From the NCBI GenBank assembly GCA_004764695.1, contig SMSO01000034.1:186001-250000 (forward strand): a DNA stretch of 64,000 nt. Reading direction: 5' to 3'. The notes below the pieces were generated by a model. The model was given only the letters and a program-made list of their open reading frames with translations, was not told the DNA's origin and ran no database searches. The translations under genes and the position numbers were made by a program. Shown piece after piece: positions 23,769 to 36,300 of the stretch (the stretch's first letter is position 1; the number at the start of each line of letters is the position of its first letter). Source of the DNA: Schizochytrium sp. TIO01. Its lineage: Eukaryota > Protista > Bigyra: Labyrinthulomycetes.

Positions 23769-25090
23769 TTTTGCTTGGTGAGTTTGTACGTGTCTAAAGA
23801 CTTGACTGGCAGCGGCTTGTGTTGCCTTTGATTGAGGTGTTTTGGTTTTGGTTTTGGAGTTGCAGGTTTGCTTCAAAGGCATTCCCGTCTTCAAGACTCG
23901 ACCCTTAGCGCCGTGTACGAGGTCCTAATTCCTTGCCTAAACTTGTATGTAACTGCAAATGTGCACCTCCCTCGTCCTGGCCATTGCCACCGTCCTGGCT
24001 GGCGACTGCTTCGTAGGAAGGACCTGCTACAGCGTAACAAACCTACCAGGCCTCGACCCTTCGTGGTTGGCCAGGGACGTCTTACGGTCCTTCTCGCCAG
24101 CGACCGCCCGCCACCACGCAACCAACCAAGCAGTTAACCAGGCAAGCAGGCACTGAGACCACGGCGCGATGGCTCAAACCGCTTCGAAGATGTAAAGCGA
24201 AGGCACGAAGGCACTTCTCAGTTCTTCTCAAGTTCGAGCTTTTTAATTAGTAATCAATTAATTAAGAAATTAATTAATTAATCAATTAACAATGAAGCGA
24301 GAACAGAGACTCCCTCTCACCCTCCCCCCCTCACTCACACACGCTGTCCCTGCTGAGAAAAAGGCGAAGACACCAGCATCCCGTCCCCTCCGGCTCCACT
24401 CGCACGGCCCCGCAGTGGCGGCTTGTGGCAGCACATCGCCCCCTCACAAGGCCTGCGGCTGTGGGAGAACGGTGATGGCGTCTCTGCACGGCAGGCATTT
24501 TACCTCTCTTGTGAGAGCGATCTGCGGACGCTTCGCAGTGAGCTTTGCTTAAGTCATCGATCCCTCTTTAAGTTCGTCGAGTTCTTGAGCACAGATCCGA
24601 CATTCCTGCGAGTTGGAGAACTCAGTGTGGATTTCGGAAGGTCAATTGTGCTCGGGCGGTGGAGATGTCTTTGGTGACTATGCACAGATGCAGTACACTC
24701 GTGTGAGCTTGGCTGGCATGGCAGCCGCTTCTGGGCTGGCCAATAAACGTATGGGGAGGCAGTCTCTCCAAGGCTCAAAGCTGCAGCGCTTGTTCATGGC
24801 ATTGCTTGTTTGATTGCCATGTCAGGTGCATCGAGTTGCAATTAAAGAAATTGGAGGAGTACGAAAACAGAGCTGGACGACCCTGAGGCTAGTCTTCATC
24901 TTCATCTTCATCTTCATCGTGAATCTTTGGCCTAACCTTGCAGCATGTGGTCCAAAGCAGTCCCCATTGGAAGAAGCTAAGGTAATGTACTGATGAAGGT
25001 AGGATCGAAAGGCTTTAAAAAACTAGTGACCGAAGCCCGAGATGAAACGTTTCATATGTAGTCAGTTACCTTTCCAGCGAGTGCTCTAGC

Positions 25091-25355
25091 TTGAAGAAAA
25101 CCATTGAAGCCCACGATGCAAGATATATCTCTTGACAGTCTTAAATTGAAGAGAATCATTGAAGCCCACGATGCAAGATATATCTCTTGGCAGTCTTAAA
25201 TTGAAGAGAATCATTGAAGCCCACGATGCAAGATATATCTCTTGGCAGTCTTAAATTGAAGAGAATCATTGAAGCCCACGATGCAAGATATATCTCTTGG
25301 CAGTCTTAAATTGAAGAGAATCATTGAAGCCCACGATGCAAGATATATATCTTGA
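25091..25355. repeat. 55-bp minisatellite, ~4.8 copies
   Basis: The unit CATTGAAGCCCACGATGCAAGATATATCTCTTGGCAGTCTTAAATTGAAGAGAAT starts at 25102, 25157, 25212, 25267 and 25322. Confidence 0.95.
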
Positions 25356-25577
25356 TAATCTTCTTACGTTGGAGAAATATCGAACGAAGCATTTGCAAAT
25401 ATATAACCCCCATTCAAGAAATTAAGGGACACTGTACTACCAAGCCGCCAAACGTAGCAAACCCGTTTCTTAGCAAGAAGAAATACATAAAAGCCTGAAT
25501 GTTAGGATGGCACGATTCTAAATCCAATTATTTTTATACAAATGTGTGTGCGTTGTACGTACGTTGAGTGGGGGTAT

Positions 25578-25928
25578 TTACTCCTTCTTTTTGTACTCGA
25601 GTTTGGAGTCAGATGGAGTAATTCCAAGGATAGCTCGGTTGTTAGCCCCAAAGAATGTCGCCCACGGGCCTTTGGATGGCTTCATGTCCATGTGGGCGGA
25701 TTTCCAAGTGCCTACAGAAAGAGCAAAGGCGAGGCAGGCAACGAGGGGCCATACTTCAGGGGCCTTGAAGAACATCATCTTCTCGCGAATCCCAGTAGGC
25801 GTCTGCGTGAGGAATTTGGAGTGGCCGCCATGAGATTGACCGGCCTCGGGGAACTTGATTTGCTTGGGTTCGGTGGAGAGCATACGGCGGGCACCTTTGC
25901 CAGCAAAACGCATTGCGGAGGACATCAT
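25578..25928 (-). CDS. NDUFA4/B12D-like protein, divergent array copy 7 (116 aa)
   Basis: MMSSAMRFAGKGARRMLSTEPKQIKFPEAGQSHGGH...PEVWPLVACLAFALSVG is clearly paralogous, with many synonymous changes. Confidence 0.7.
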   Translation of the reverse strand: MMSSAMRFAGKGARRMLSTEPKQIKFPEAGQSHGGHSKFLTQTPTGIREKMMFFKAPEVWPLVACLAFALSVGTWKSAHMDMKPSKGPWATFFGANNRAILGITPSDSKLEYKKKE

Positions 25929-27922
25929 TTTCTCTTGATGATGCAACGAGTACTTCGAAACCTTTGAAAGATTAATGGAGTGTGTTGCACTGTCGCGGTT
26001 GTCGTCGATCCGAATTGCTCGAAATTTGAGTTTGAGTTTGGGTTTTGCTTTTGCTCTTACTTTGGATTTTGGATTTCTCATATATTTGTTTCAAAATATT
26101 ATGCTGTACAAGAAAGCACTTTAAATGTATGAGAGTCATTTTAAATTGCACGTAGTTATCCATCCTAAGAAGGCTTTGTATGTTTAATTAGATTTCCCTT
26201 ATTGTAAAGTCTAATCAGTCCAGCTCTCTTTTTTTCATGACTTCTGGTAAATATTAATTAGTTTGCCGCAAGAAGAATGATCAGCTCTTATGGTTCGTTA
26301 TGGAAAGAATACCCATGGGACGTTTTGCCATGTACGCTCCCGAAGTCGGCGCATTTGCACAATAGCGAGCGACCAAATTTGCCTTTGGATAATATGATTC
26401 GTGACAACGTCACCTCATGGAAGTAGGGTTAATTGGGTTTGCGCGAAGGGTTAACGGGCACGATATAGAGCATTCTATGGCCCTATTAGCAGATTCTAGT
26501 GACCTTGTATAGAAATGTACCAGAACAGTTCAACCTACCCACAGTATAGGTTGGAGTTACTTAATACAACTATTCCAAGGAGATTTCTTGCATCTCAATG
26601 TGGAGGGGACATAGCCTTTGCTGTCCTCTGCGTACTTCCCTCAGTCATTACTTTTATCCCCCACAGACCATGTCTTTCTGTAGCTATCATTACTATTAGG
26701 CCCTACTAATTTTTGAAATTAAAAAGATTTGTTTTTAAAATTAAATTATAACAGATTAAAGTAGAAACTAACGCATTGCCGATATTATGTGAAACAAGCA
26801 GCAATAGGCGGTATTATTGTCATAGCTCTGACCATGTTGACAAAATCGTAGAAGCTGATCATGTTTGCTTCGGACGGAAGGGTGACTACTAAAAGAACAA
26901 ACTCTCCTTGGCGCTTCTCAGTTTGCAGTTAGGCCACGCGTATTTGCGATAGTAACTCTTACACCATGCGACAAAAGTTTGTTTTAAGAATCGTAGGAGG
27001 GACGGACGCACGCATCCACATACCAAGTGTGACGTTTGGTGAATACATCTCCATCGCAGGAGTGAAGAAAGAAAGAAAGTTCACGGCTTTAATTGTCCAA
27101 CCTTGGACTTCGGCATTGACGTGTGCTCTGACACGTCATGTTGTGTTGTGTTACAAATTGTCAACTGACGACACCACGCCAAGTTCCCGTATGCACAGCT
27201 GGACCCAAAATGCAAAGTGCCAAGTCATTGAACACCCACCATTGGTGACAATCTCGCAGGACGAAAGCTTAGCCAAGGAATCCTCCTGGTCCAGTCCGCA
27301 AGCCTCGCTATCTGCTATGTACATGAAGGGGTCCTCCATATTCATGAACTCTTGATTGATGGCCAGAGCAATCCAGGCGCGCTTGATTGCTAGACTTACT
27401 GAGGGTTCCGAAGAAGGAAACTAAACTCTAGATTTGCCCGTGCTCGAACATCCTTTGTCCATGCTCCTTCGATGAGCAATACATCTAATTAAGAAACAAA
27501 TAAATGAAACAACGCTCTGCATTTATAATATCTCTACTGCAAAGCTTTGAGCCTTGAGCCGTATGATTTTATACAATATCAAACGCCATGGGGCCAGCTC
27601 GATAGCTCTGATCTCGGATATCTACAGACTAATGACGCTGCTGCTCGCCGCAGCCTCAGAAGCTATGAATCTTCATCAATCATACACCAGAAAACTCGGC
27701 AAACATGAATTTCGCAATTCCACAGCGGCACCTGCTTTTGAGAATTTTGTTGACTGCGCTAGACCAGGACGATCCAAGTGGAGCTTTGGACTCAAGTCAA
27801 TGATCATCTTCAATAGATATAAAAAAGAGAATTAAAAAACGGTTCATCAATACAAAGTAGGTCTACGGAGGGGGGGGGTTCTTCATGCAAAGCGAGCGAT
27901 GTGCCACTTGCTGTTAACACAT

Positions 27923-28276
27923 TTACTCCTTCGAGTCCTTGTACTCAAGCTTGGAGTCAGACGGCTTGATGCCAAGAATCTCACGGTTGTTGGCGTTAAA
28001 GAAGGTCTTCCACGGGCCGGCAGACGGCTTCATGTCCATGTGAGCGGACTTCCAGGTGCCTACGGAGAGAGCGAAGACGATGCAGGCGACGAGCGGCCAG
28101 ACCTCGGGAGCCTTCATAAACATCATCTTCTCGCGAATTCCGGTGGGCGTCTGGACGAGAAACTTGGAGTGGCCGCCGTGAGACTGGCCAGCCTCAGGGA
28201 ACTTGACCTGCTTGGACTCGGTGGAGAGCATGCGGCGGGCACCCTTGCCGGCAAAGCGCATCGCAGAGGACATCAT
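27923..28276 (-). CDS. NDUFA4/B12D-like protein, divergent array copy 8 (117 aa)
   Basis: It has the same MMSSAMRFAGKG N-terminus as copy 7, GC-rich codons and PEVWPLVACIVFALSVG. Confidence 0.7.
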   Translation of the reverse strand: MMSSAMRFAGKGARRMLSTESKQVKFPEAGQSHGGHSKFLVQTPTGIREKMMFMKAPEVWPLVACIVFALSVGTWKSAHMDMKPSAGPWKTFFNANNREILGIKPSDSKLEYKDSKE

Positions 28277-29322
28277 CGTTCTGAGAGGAAGGCTTATAAC
28301 AATCGTCTATCTCAAGACAACCTGGCTGACTGACTGAATAAGGGCTGAGCTCTTGAACTGCTTCGCAATTTGGATTTGCTTTTGCTTTTGCTTTTGCTTT
28401 TGGATTTGCTTTTGCTTTTGCTTTCGCTTTCAAGTGAGCGAGTTCTTCGGCGATTTTAGCGGAACTGCGCCCCTCAGACCCCGTGCTTAAATTTGTATCA
28501 ATCTCTGGGCGCAAAATGCAAAATCTTGAAGAAATCCGGGCCAGCGCATATATTTCAACGGGAAATTAAATCCCTGGCAGAACGAATGCCTTCAAAGTGG
28601 AAGCTCACCGGTTCAGGCTGCGCTCCAGCGCCCTTCGGGAGGATTTCTGAAAGAACGCGATCAACGGAGCAGGCGGAACCGGACGGCGCCCGGTCTCCCT
28701 CTCGCGACGCCCTGAAGGCACGGAGCTCGAGCCCCTCAAATGCAGTCATCCATTTCGAAACGACGTGAGCAGACAGCAGCAAAACGGCTGACGGACAAAA
28801 ACGAAGTGCCGCGCGTGGCTGCTCGCACCCGCAGCGGTCCCCCAGGCCAATGTACGGCACTTCTTGGCGTTTCACTGTGGGACGCGCTTCCTCACAAGCC
28901 AGCCCTGCCCACCGAACCTTTCCAAAGCCGCAGCTTTCCCCGCTGTTTCTGCGGACGCTTCCACTGCCCACAGTGCTTCCCTCGCGCCGCCCCCCCCCCC
29001 CCGGAGTTTTCCCGACCCTCGCGTTGCTAGCTGAGCGATCTCCTATTGCGCGCCTCGAAACCTAAGGCGTCCCAACGGATCCTGCTTTGGACGGCCCTGG
29101 ACTTCGAAGGAATGACCGGCCGACTCGCTCACTGTCTGTTTGCCGCCAGACCAGCACATCTTGCGCGTTCGGAAAGATAAAGATAGACAGACGGACAGAC
29201 GGACAGGCCTCCGACGGTCTGTCTGGTGGCCTCTCTCGAGCGCCGGGTTTTCGTGTCCTCCACGAGTCGTCATGAATCTTGGGCCAACTTGAAGCATTCA
29301 AGCACGAATGTACGTATATAAT

Positions 29323-29323
<1 letters not shown>

Positions 29324-29357
<34 letters not shown>

Positions 29358-30342
29358 CAGAAAGATAGATAGATAGAAGATATCTGTGGATCCGTCCATT
29401 ACGAATAAGAAGAAAGAAAGAAAGGAAGAAAGTGCGTGCCGAGGGACGGATCCAGGCGCCGCACTGCAGGCACTGCAGGCTCTCGGCGGCCCCACAGCGC
29501 CCCGCAGCGCCCCGCAGAAGGGCGAAGATCCGCCGAACAGCGCGAGATCCGCCCTTTGGCAGCGGGAATCGTACAGCACAGCGTCCTTTACAGATGAATG
29601 AATGAATTAGATTGAATGAATGAATGAATTCGATTGAGTGAATGAATTAGATTGAATGAATGAATGAATGAATGAATGATCGATGCGAAATCAGCAGAGC
29701 TGGAAGAGGCCTTGGCCAAACCTGAGAGGGTTGGTGCATACATATCGATGGATAGAAACAAATGCAGATCAGTGAGTGAATCAGCGAAGTTGAGTCGGGG
29801 CTTTCCGCCCAAACCTGAGAAGACTTGATAAATGAAAAGGTGAATAAGTAAGCCTTCAAATAGAATTGGAACACACATACGCAGGCGAATGATAGACAGT
29901 GCATTCGTGAAGAAGTTGGAGATCGTAGACACGAACAACAACAACGACAACAAGAAGAAGATAAGAATAGTAATGATAGTAACAAGCACCAGCACAAGAA
30001 TTCAGAGCTGAGGCAGTTTGCGACGAGCAGCGCCAGAACATCCGCCGCCAGGGACGCTGAGCCTGGCGGCCTTCGCACACGCGACGGCAACAAAGCCGGC
30101 GATGGCTGGTGCAGACATCGAGGACGGCGACGACATCGACATCGACGACGACGACGACGACGAATCTGCGACAATTCAGGGGTGCTGACAGTTGTTCGTG
30201 CGGTCGGTGCTCGAGCCCTCTGAAGATGTGCAATCGTCAGAGTAAATCAGATTGAATCAGAGTAAATCAGATTGAATCAGAGTAAATCAGAGTAAATCAG
30301 AGTGAATCAGAGTAAATCAGAGTGAATCAGATTGAATCAGAT
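29324..30342. repeat. Microsatellite cluster: (ATAG)n 29324-29376, (GAAT)n 29594-29680, 10-bp (ATCAGAGTAA/ATCAGATTGA)n 30236-30342
   Basis: Visible directly. Confidence 0.9.
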
Positions 30343-33314
30343 TAAGTCGGATTGAGAGCAGCAAAGGTTGGCCGGGCAATGGACAAGCTCGTTCGGTCCA
30401 CTTCCAGGGCCTTGTTGGAGAAGAAGGGAGTGAAGTGCTGCGCTCGAAGAATTAATTATTCCAAGACATGAGGAATCGAAGACATGAGGAATCGAAGAAA
30501 ATGAAGAATCGAAGAAAACGAAGGATCGAAGGAAATGAAGGATCGAAGGCACCAAATCCCGCGTCCCGGACGAGAAGTGGGACGTTCGCAGGAAAGGCCT
30601 GGACGAGCTATGGCGACCGTCCAAGCTGACCTGAGGGAGGCACTGTGGGGAAACGCGGCGGTGACGCGGGAACCCGCACACGGGGCTGGCGAGGGCTCGA
30701 GTTTACAGGGAAGAATTTGGTTTGCGACGAAGAAGGGGGAATGCGAAGAGGCCAATCAATGTACGCGCGCGAAGGCGATTGTTTGAAGGAGGCGCGCCGA
30801 GAAAGATGCAAAATTGCTGATTGAACGCCACGCGGGGCCAGCGAAAGCGTGCGTCAGAAGGGCGCTGGAGTGGAGATTTGGGCGGGGCTTTTGATGATTT
30901 GGGGGAGGGGGCACATGTGGTGTCCAGGGCTTACGCAGGAAGTGAAGAAGCAGAATGATTGAAGCATCGATATTTGCTGAGCGTGTGGGGAGGATAATCA
31001 AGGCCTATGCAGGCGGTTTTAGGCTCAAGATTTGCGCAGAATGACGAGAGTATGGAATGACCGCGTGTTTGTTTGTTTACTTTACTTCACTTTACTTTAC
31101 TTTACTTCACGTGCTGCTGGGTTCCTTTCGTAATTCTGAACACTAACCGGCGCGAAGAATGATTCCCCAGGACATTTGAGACGGTCGAAATGGCTCGGGC
31201 TGTTATTTTCGCCGATAAAAAGCACGCGCCAAATTCTCCGAGGCGACTGTAATGCTCGCTCTGATTCTGATGCTCATCTTTCAGTACCTCTCTAGAGCAA
31301 ACCGGAAATGAGGCTGCACGGCAGTCGCACTTGCAACAGAGCTGCTGCAAGGAGTTCGAGGCTTGTTGTAATCAGCAGGACAATTTACACGAGGATGATG
31401 AGGTGAAGAAGACAAAATTTGGCATCGAGAGGTTCTAGGTTCCTGTGTGGCGTTCAAGATGTGTGGGCCTTGCGTGCTTGTGGAGAGCCCTTGCGATGTG
31501 CTAGGACCAATGAATCTCTTGCTTATTTTTCGTGGACTGTCGAGAAAATAATCCTGGTTGCTTCTGTTCAGGATCTCGAGGTTCGAGGAGTAGACTGTTT
31601 TCTGAGACCTTGGTCGAGTGGCCGCGGTTTGTTTGAACAAGCTATGTCCGCACCGCTATTCAATTCTTGTGAAATAGATTCCGTTCAAGTCATACCGTAC
31701 ATTTCTCAAAGGCTGAAAGCCTAGAGGGTGTGAACGTGGAGGGTATTAAAACTGAGACGCAGAGTAGGAGCGAAGCGCAATTGCTTTGATTTCACCGCTC
31801 GGATCATACCCCACGTATGGTCTTCTGATGTTGAGGAATAAAAATTCGGATTCGCAAAACTGTTGTTTTTTAGTCTGCGTCCTCTGCCCTATAAAAAGTC
31901 TTAATGACTAAACAGACTCTCACTTTTTCGGAAACCCAGTATCGCAAGGGTATTCTTCTCTTGTGAAAATGAATGGCTGGGCTCAGGAGACGTTACGTTC
32001 TAAGCGAATGGTCAACTTTCGAACCCCCTATTTTCATACGGTTGGAGCTAGCGCTAAAACATTAGCCAGAACACACATAGACATGTGGAGCCCAAATTTT
32101 AATTTTGCACAACTTTTAGGATATACCATTGTGCTCATCACATGAAATCATAAAGAAGCAACTTAGGCTTATCTCAGCGGTCAGACTGCAAGTCTACAGA
32201 GGGAGACAGAAAGAAAGAGATTTCACGCAAATAATCCGCTCTAAGCTTCAGAAATAAGGAAGCTGGGTCCACCCAAACATCGGGTGCTTTATGGAGAGCC
32301 TTGCGAATTTTGTATTTGTTATTCACCTCTACAAAATTTCCCCCGCTTCGCTGCAGAATCTACAATCGTTGATAAGATTATTTTTCTGAGGCGATAGAAC
32401 AATTTTACATCACTGCAACGCTCCAGCCGTGTCGAACGGATCAGGTGCTTCGTGATCATTGAATCAGTTTTGGTCCTTGCAAAGAGGTTTTCTAGGGGAA
32501 TTTTATGAACGCATATGGAGCTAATTGCTGAAAGTAGTAATGGAAGATTCTCTTCCTCACTAGCGATGTCTCTGCTGCTGCTCTTCATAGTGAATAAAGA
32601 TTGCTACGCCATAGATGAAGTAGACTTGAAAGGTTTTGGGCAGTTATCTCCTTAAAAGAGAAAAGAAACTACTCTTAAGTTTTGTTGTTGAAAGAGACAG
32701 GGTGGCGAGGCAGTTCGAAAGTTAAAGAAATATGGTTTTACCTATATGCAAGGAGTTAGTCTGCGCTACACAGAAGTGGCTCGAACCTTGCAAACGTTCG
32801 CCTATCACCGGCAAGGCCTATGAAGACCTACTGAAAAAGTTACAGTTGAACAGCTTCGAGGATTCTTGACATAAGTTTGACCGTGCGAACTAGCCGTCAT
32901 GAGGATTGCTCAGATTCTAAGGATGAATAAATGTGAAAAGATAATTTAACTACCAACAGAAACTTGAAAGGTTTTGTTTGAAAAGCGCGGGAAACTGTAG
33001 CTTTATTTTCTTTTTCTTGTTTTGGTGTGATCCGAAAGCATAAGATGTCTTCTTGTCCATACCTTCGCCTTTTAGTTCGAAGTAACTCAAGATTAATTTT
33101 TCTCAACAAATGTGAAAGAGCAACGAGGAAGAAGGAAAGTGAGGAAATATTAACATCACAGTGCAAATCTATTGATGGTTTAGTTAAAAAAAAGTTCGTA
33201 GAGATATAAGTTCAACAACAACAAACGCAGGTAGCAAACAGGAGAAAAGACTTGACTTTGCTCTTATTTGGTCACACTGCTTGTATGAAGAGATTCAAAA
33301 GGAGAAAAAGAATT

Positions 33315-36300
33315 TTACAAGGTGGTGTCCAACGCGGCGTCAAGATCGACGTCCGCGCCAGGCTGCGTGGAGAGCTCCACAGCAAGGTGGATAATCTCAC
33401 GCGGATTGCCAACACAATTTTTGATAAGCTTGTGTTGTGCCACCTCCTGTAAGGTCGCCTCTCGCGGATTGCTTGATGGATTTACAACAATCTTCCGTTT
33501 AAGATGACGAACAAACAAGAGAGCAGCATCACCAGCATGCATAGGCTGCAGCTGATAATTTACGACGTTAACATTGAGTGTATGGCCCAAATGAAGAGGT
33601 TGTGCAGAGGTCACAAGGATGCGCACGTTTGATGTGCGGTCCAAAATGCCATGCAAAACAGCAATAGTTAGTGGGGATTCACGAAAGTCATCAAGAACAA
33701 TCAGGCATTTCGCGGCGCGCTGAGCAAGCGCGCGAGCCAAGACATTGGACTTGGCCACAGCACGCCTGCGCAAATCGCTGAGCGCAAGTCTTTCAAGGCG
33801 GCGCGCCTTATCCGCTTCGCCGTTTGAGAGATCATCATGGATATCATCTTCCTCATCACTGACAGACTCCTCGTCACTGCTAAATGAAGATGATTCCGAA
33901 TTCAGAAGTGATTCCATCGTCATAATTGCCTCCTTAGAAACAGCCCTGCGATCAGCAAAGTGAGGTGCAAACTCAAGAGCATCGTCCTCGATATCGTAGG
34001 TGCTCGCTGAACCATACTGAGTGGATAGCATGGCACTAACGCTGCGCTCTGTAGATGTATTCTGATCAGCAGGTGAGGCTTCAGAAGAGAGAAACGGGTA
34101 CAAAGCATCCCAAAGATTGTCAACGAGACTTGCCAGCTCCATAATTGCTTCTTCCGGCGAGTCCTTTGTGTGGCGATGATGGTGGTGATGATGATAGTGT
34201 GCTGACTTGACATAAAAGATACCATCACGCATGACTGTAGAGCACCGACGTTGATGTAGGTGATGAGCTACGGCAAGAGAAACTTGTGTTTTGCCCATCC
34301 CAGATGCCTCGGAGCAAACTGCAACGAGACGGCGGCGGTCTTGCATCAGGTAGCGCAAAACAGTCCACATGGAGGCATGGCGACCAAGGAAATCTTCACA
34401 CAAGGGAGGGAGTGGTTGCATTGTCTCACTTTGCGGCCAAGTACGAGTTTGGCGGCGGTCTTGCGCAGTTGGGCGCCAAATGACCTCGCGGTGGGAATCG
34501 TTATCCGGAAGCAAAACAAAGGCATCCATCTCATCATCAGCAAATGACGGCGAGCTTTGCACAGCCTCACGGGCTGACTCAAAAGCGTCGCGCACTGTAC
34601 GCCCACAAGCTAAAGCCAAGTAAAACGCACGTGTGAACACTGCAGCTACCTGATCGCGTACGCGCTTGCGATATGCGATCACATGAGCAACCCCAGCTAA
34701 AACGAACTCACGAGCTGCCGCATCCGAATTACAGGCATTGAGCACCACCAAGCGCAGCGTCTTGAATGATCGCTGCGTAATGGTAGAACGCAAAAGGCCG
34801 CGAAGCATATCCATACTCACACTGTGAAGCTGGCCAGCTGCATCTTCAAATGCAATAAAGTTTTTGGTACAGTGGCCGCTGAAATGTAAGCAGCGAACAT
34901 TGCCAAGAGTCATAAGTGTGTGAAAGGACTCTACGGTAGCACACGATACTGACACAGGAACTTCGCTTCGTAGCGACTGTCCTGAGGCAAGAGCAGCATG
35001 TCGCAAACTCCGACGAAGCATGTTATACTCACGCTGAATATCAAGCCCCTGAATTGGACGAAACTGGGAATCAGGGTTTCCAGAGACACCTTCTTTGCCC
35101 ATCATGATCAACGGCGAAGCGAACAGCAAATGGACCACACCTTCCTGGGGGTCGGTTGGTGCAGCCTTGGCAACCGGAATAAGAGAAGGCAAAAGGCTGT
35201 CAGAGTTCGGCGGGCTCTCAACAAAGGGAATATCAGAAGAGCAACGAATGTGAGGTCCTGGTTGTTCTAATGGTTGAAAGGTGGATGAAGAAGACGAGGA
35301 TGCTGATGTAGAAGACGCAATGCTAATCCCACTGTCGCTGTTTGCTGATGTCTGACGAATGTCCACAGCATGGGGCCGGGGTGGGTCAGCAGAAATGCTT
35401 CGCTTCGCCGGCCCACTGACTTTGGCGACAATAATTGGCTTGTCTGCCTCGTCAAGCTCTTCCTCGTCCCCGATACTGACAGAGACCTCACGACGTAACT
35501 TCATTAAATCATTTGGGACACGATAGTTGAGAGATGCCCACACAAAGATGGCCACAAAAACCGAGCCTTGTAAGAAGGAGAGAGCCATGCGGCTGAGCAT
35601 GTAGTCCTCGCAATTCGGTCCACCATACCCAAACTCGCAAGCACACTCCCCATCGATGCACTCACCACGGTGTGAACAGATAGCACCGTCTTGGTTAGAC
35701 TGACACCTGTAGGTATCTCGGTTGGTAATTTCTGCGCCAAAAATTTTCACATCATGAAGCTTAAGCTGCCCAAAGCTCAGGCGCTGGATGCGAATGTAGC
35801 TGCACGCTGTGTGTACGTGCATGCTAAAGTTTCCAGAGTCCTGCAGCACGACTTTTTTCCAACTAAAGGGCAACGGGCTCACGTCCGCGACAAGGTCAAC
35901 GTTGGTTACGTTCGAGCACCATACAAGCAATTTGCTTTGCTCAGAAACCTCATCAACGTTGACCGCAAAAGAGATGTGATCAACATAGTACAAACCATCA
36001 AGATCCATAATGATGTATGGAGAGTCCTCACTAGCTGTAGCGATTGTCTGGCGCCCTGCAGTTAGCCTACAAAAAGTGCCTTCTGAGGAAGACGAGGAAG
36101 ACTGCAGGCAAGTTTTGTTGGTAGCGATATTGGGAAGAAACTCAACAGGGTGTTCCTTGCCATTATTTTCCGTCTCAAACTGCGGACTAATGCGTGCAAA
36201 ATTAGACCCTAATGGAGTAGGAGACAAAGAAACACCGTTTGCGCGCTTGTGCTTGTCGGCAACAAGAAGTTGTTCTTTCGTGGGGCGGTATTGCTCACCA

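Noticed and set aside
25091-25355. Possible CRISPR array
   Set aside because: The units are contiguous and identical with no unique spacers, there are no cas genes, and the context is eukaryotic.
26860-27420. Broken minus-strand frames (MNMEDPFMY...)
   Set aside because: Could be a decayed gene or transposon fragment, but no family is identifiable from the sequence alone.
9542-28333. Recurrent plus-strand ORFs (MYSSLASDG..., LVLLVLELGVGRG...)
   Set aside because: These are antisense shadows of the minus-strand array genes. Substitutions between copies are synonymous in the minus-strand frame.
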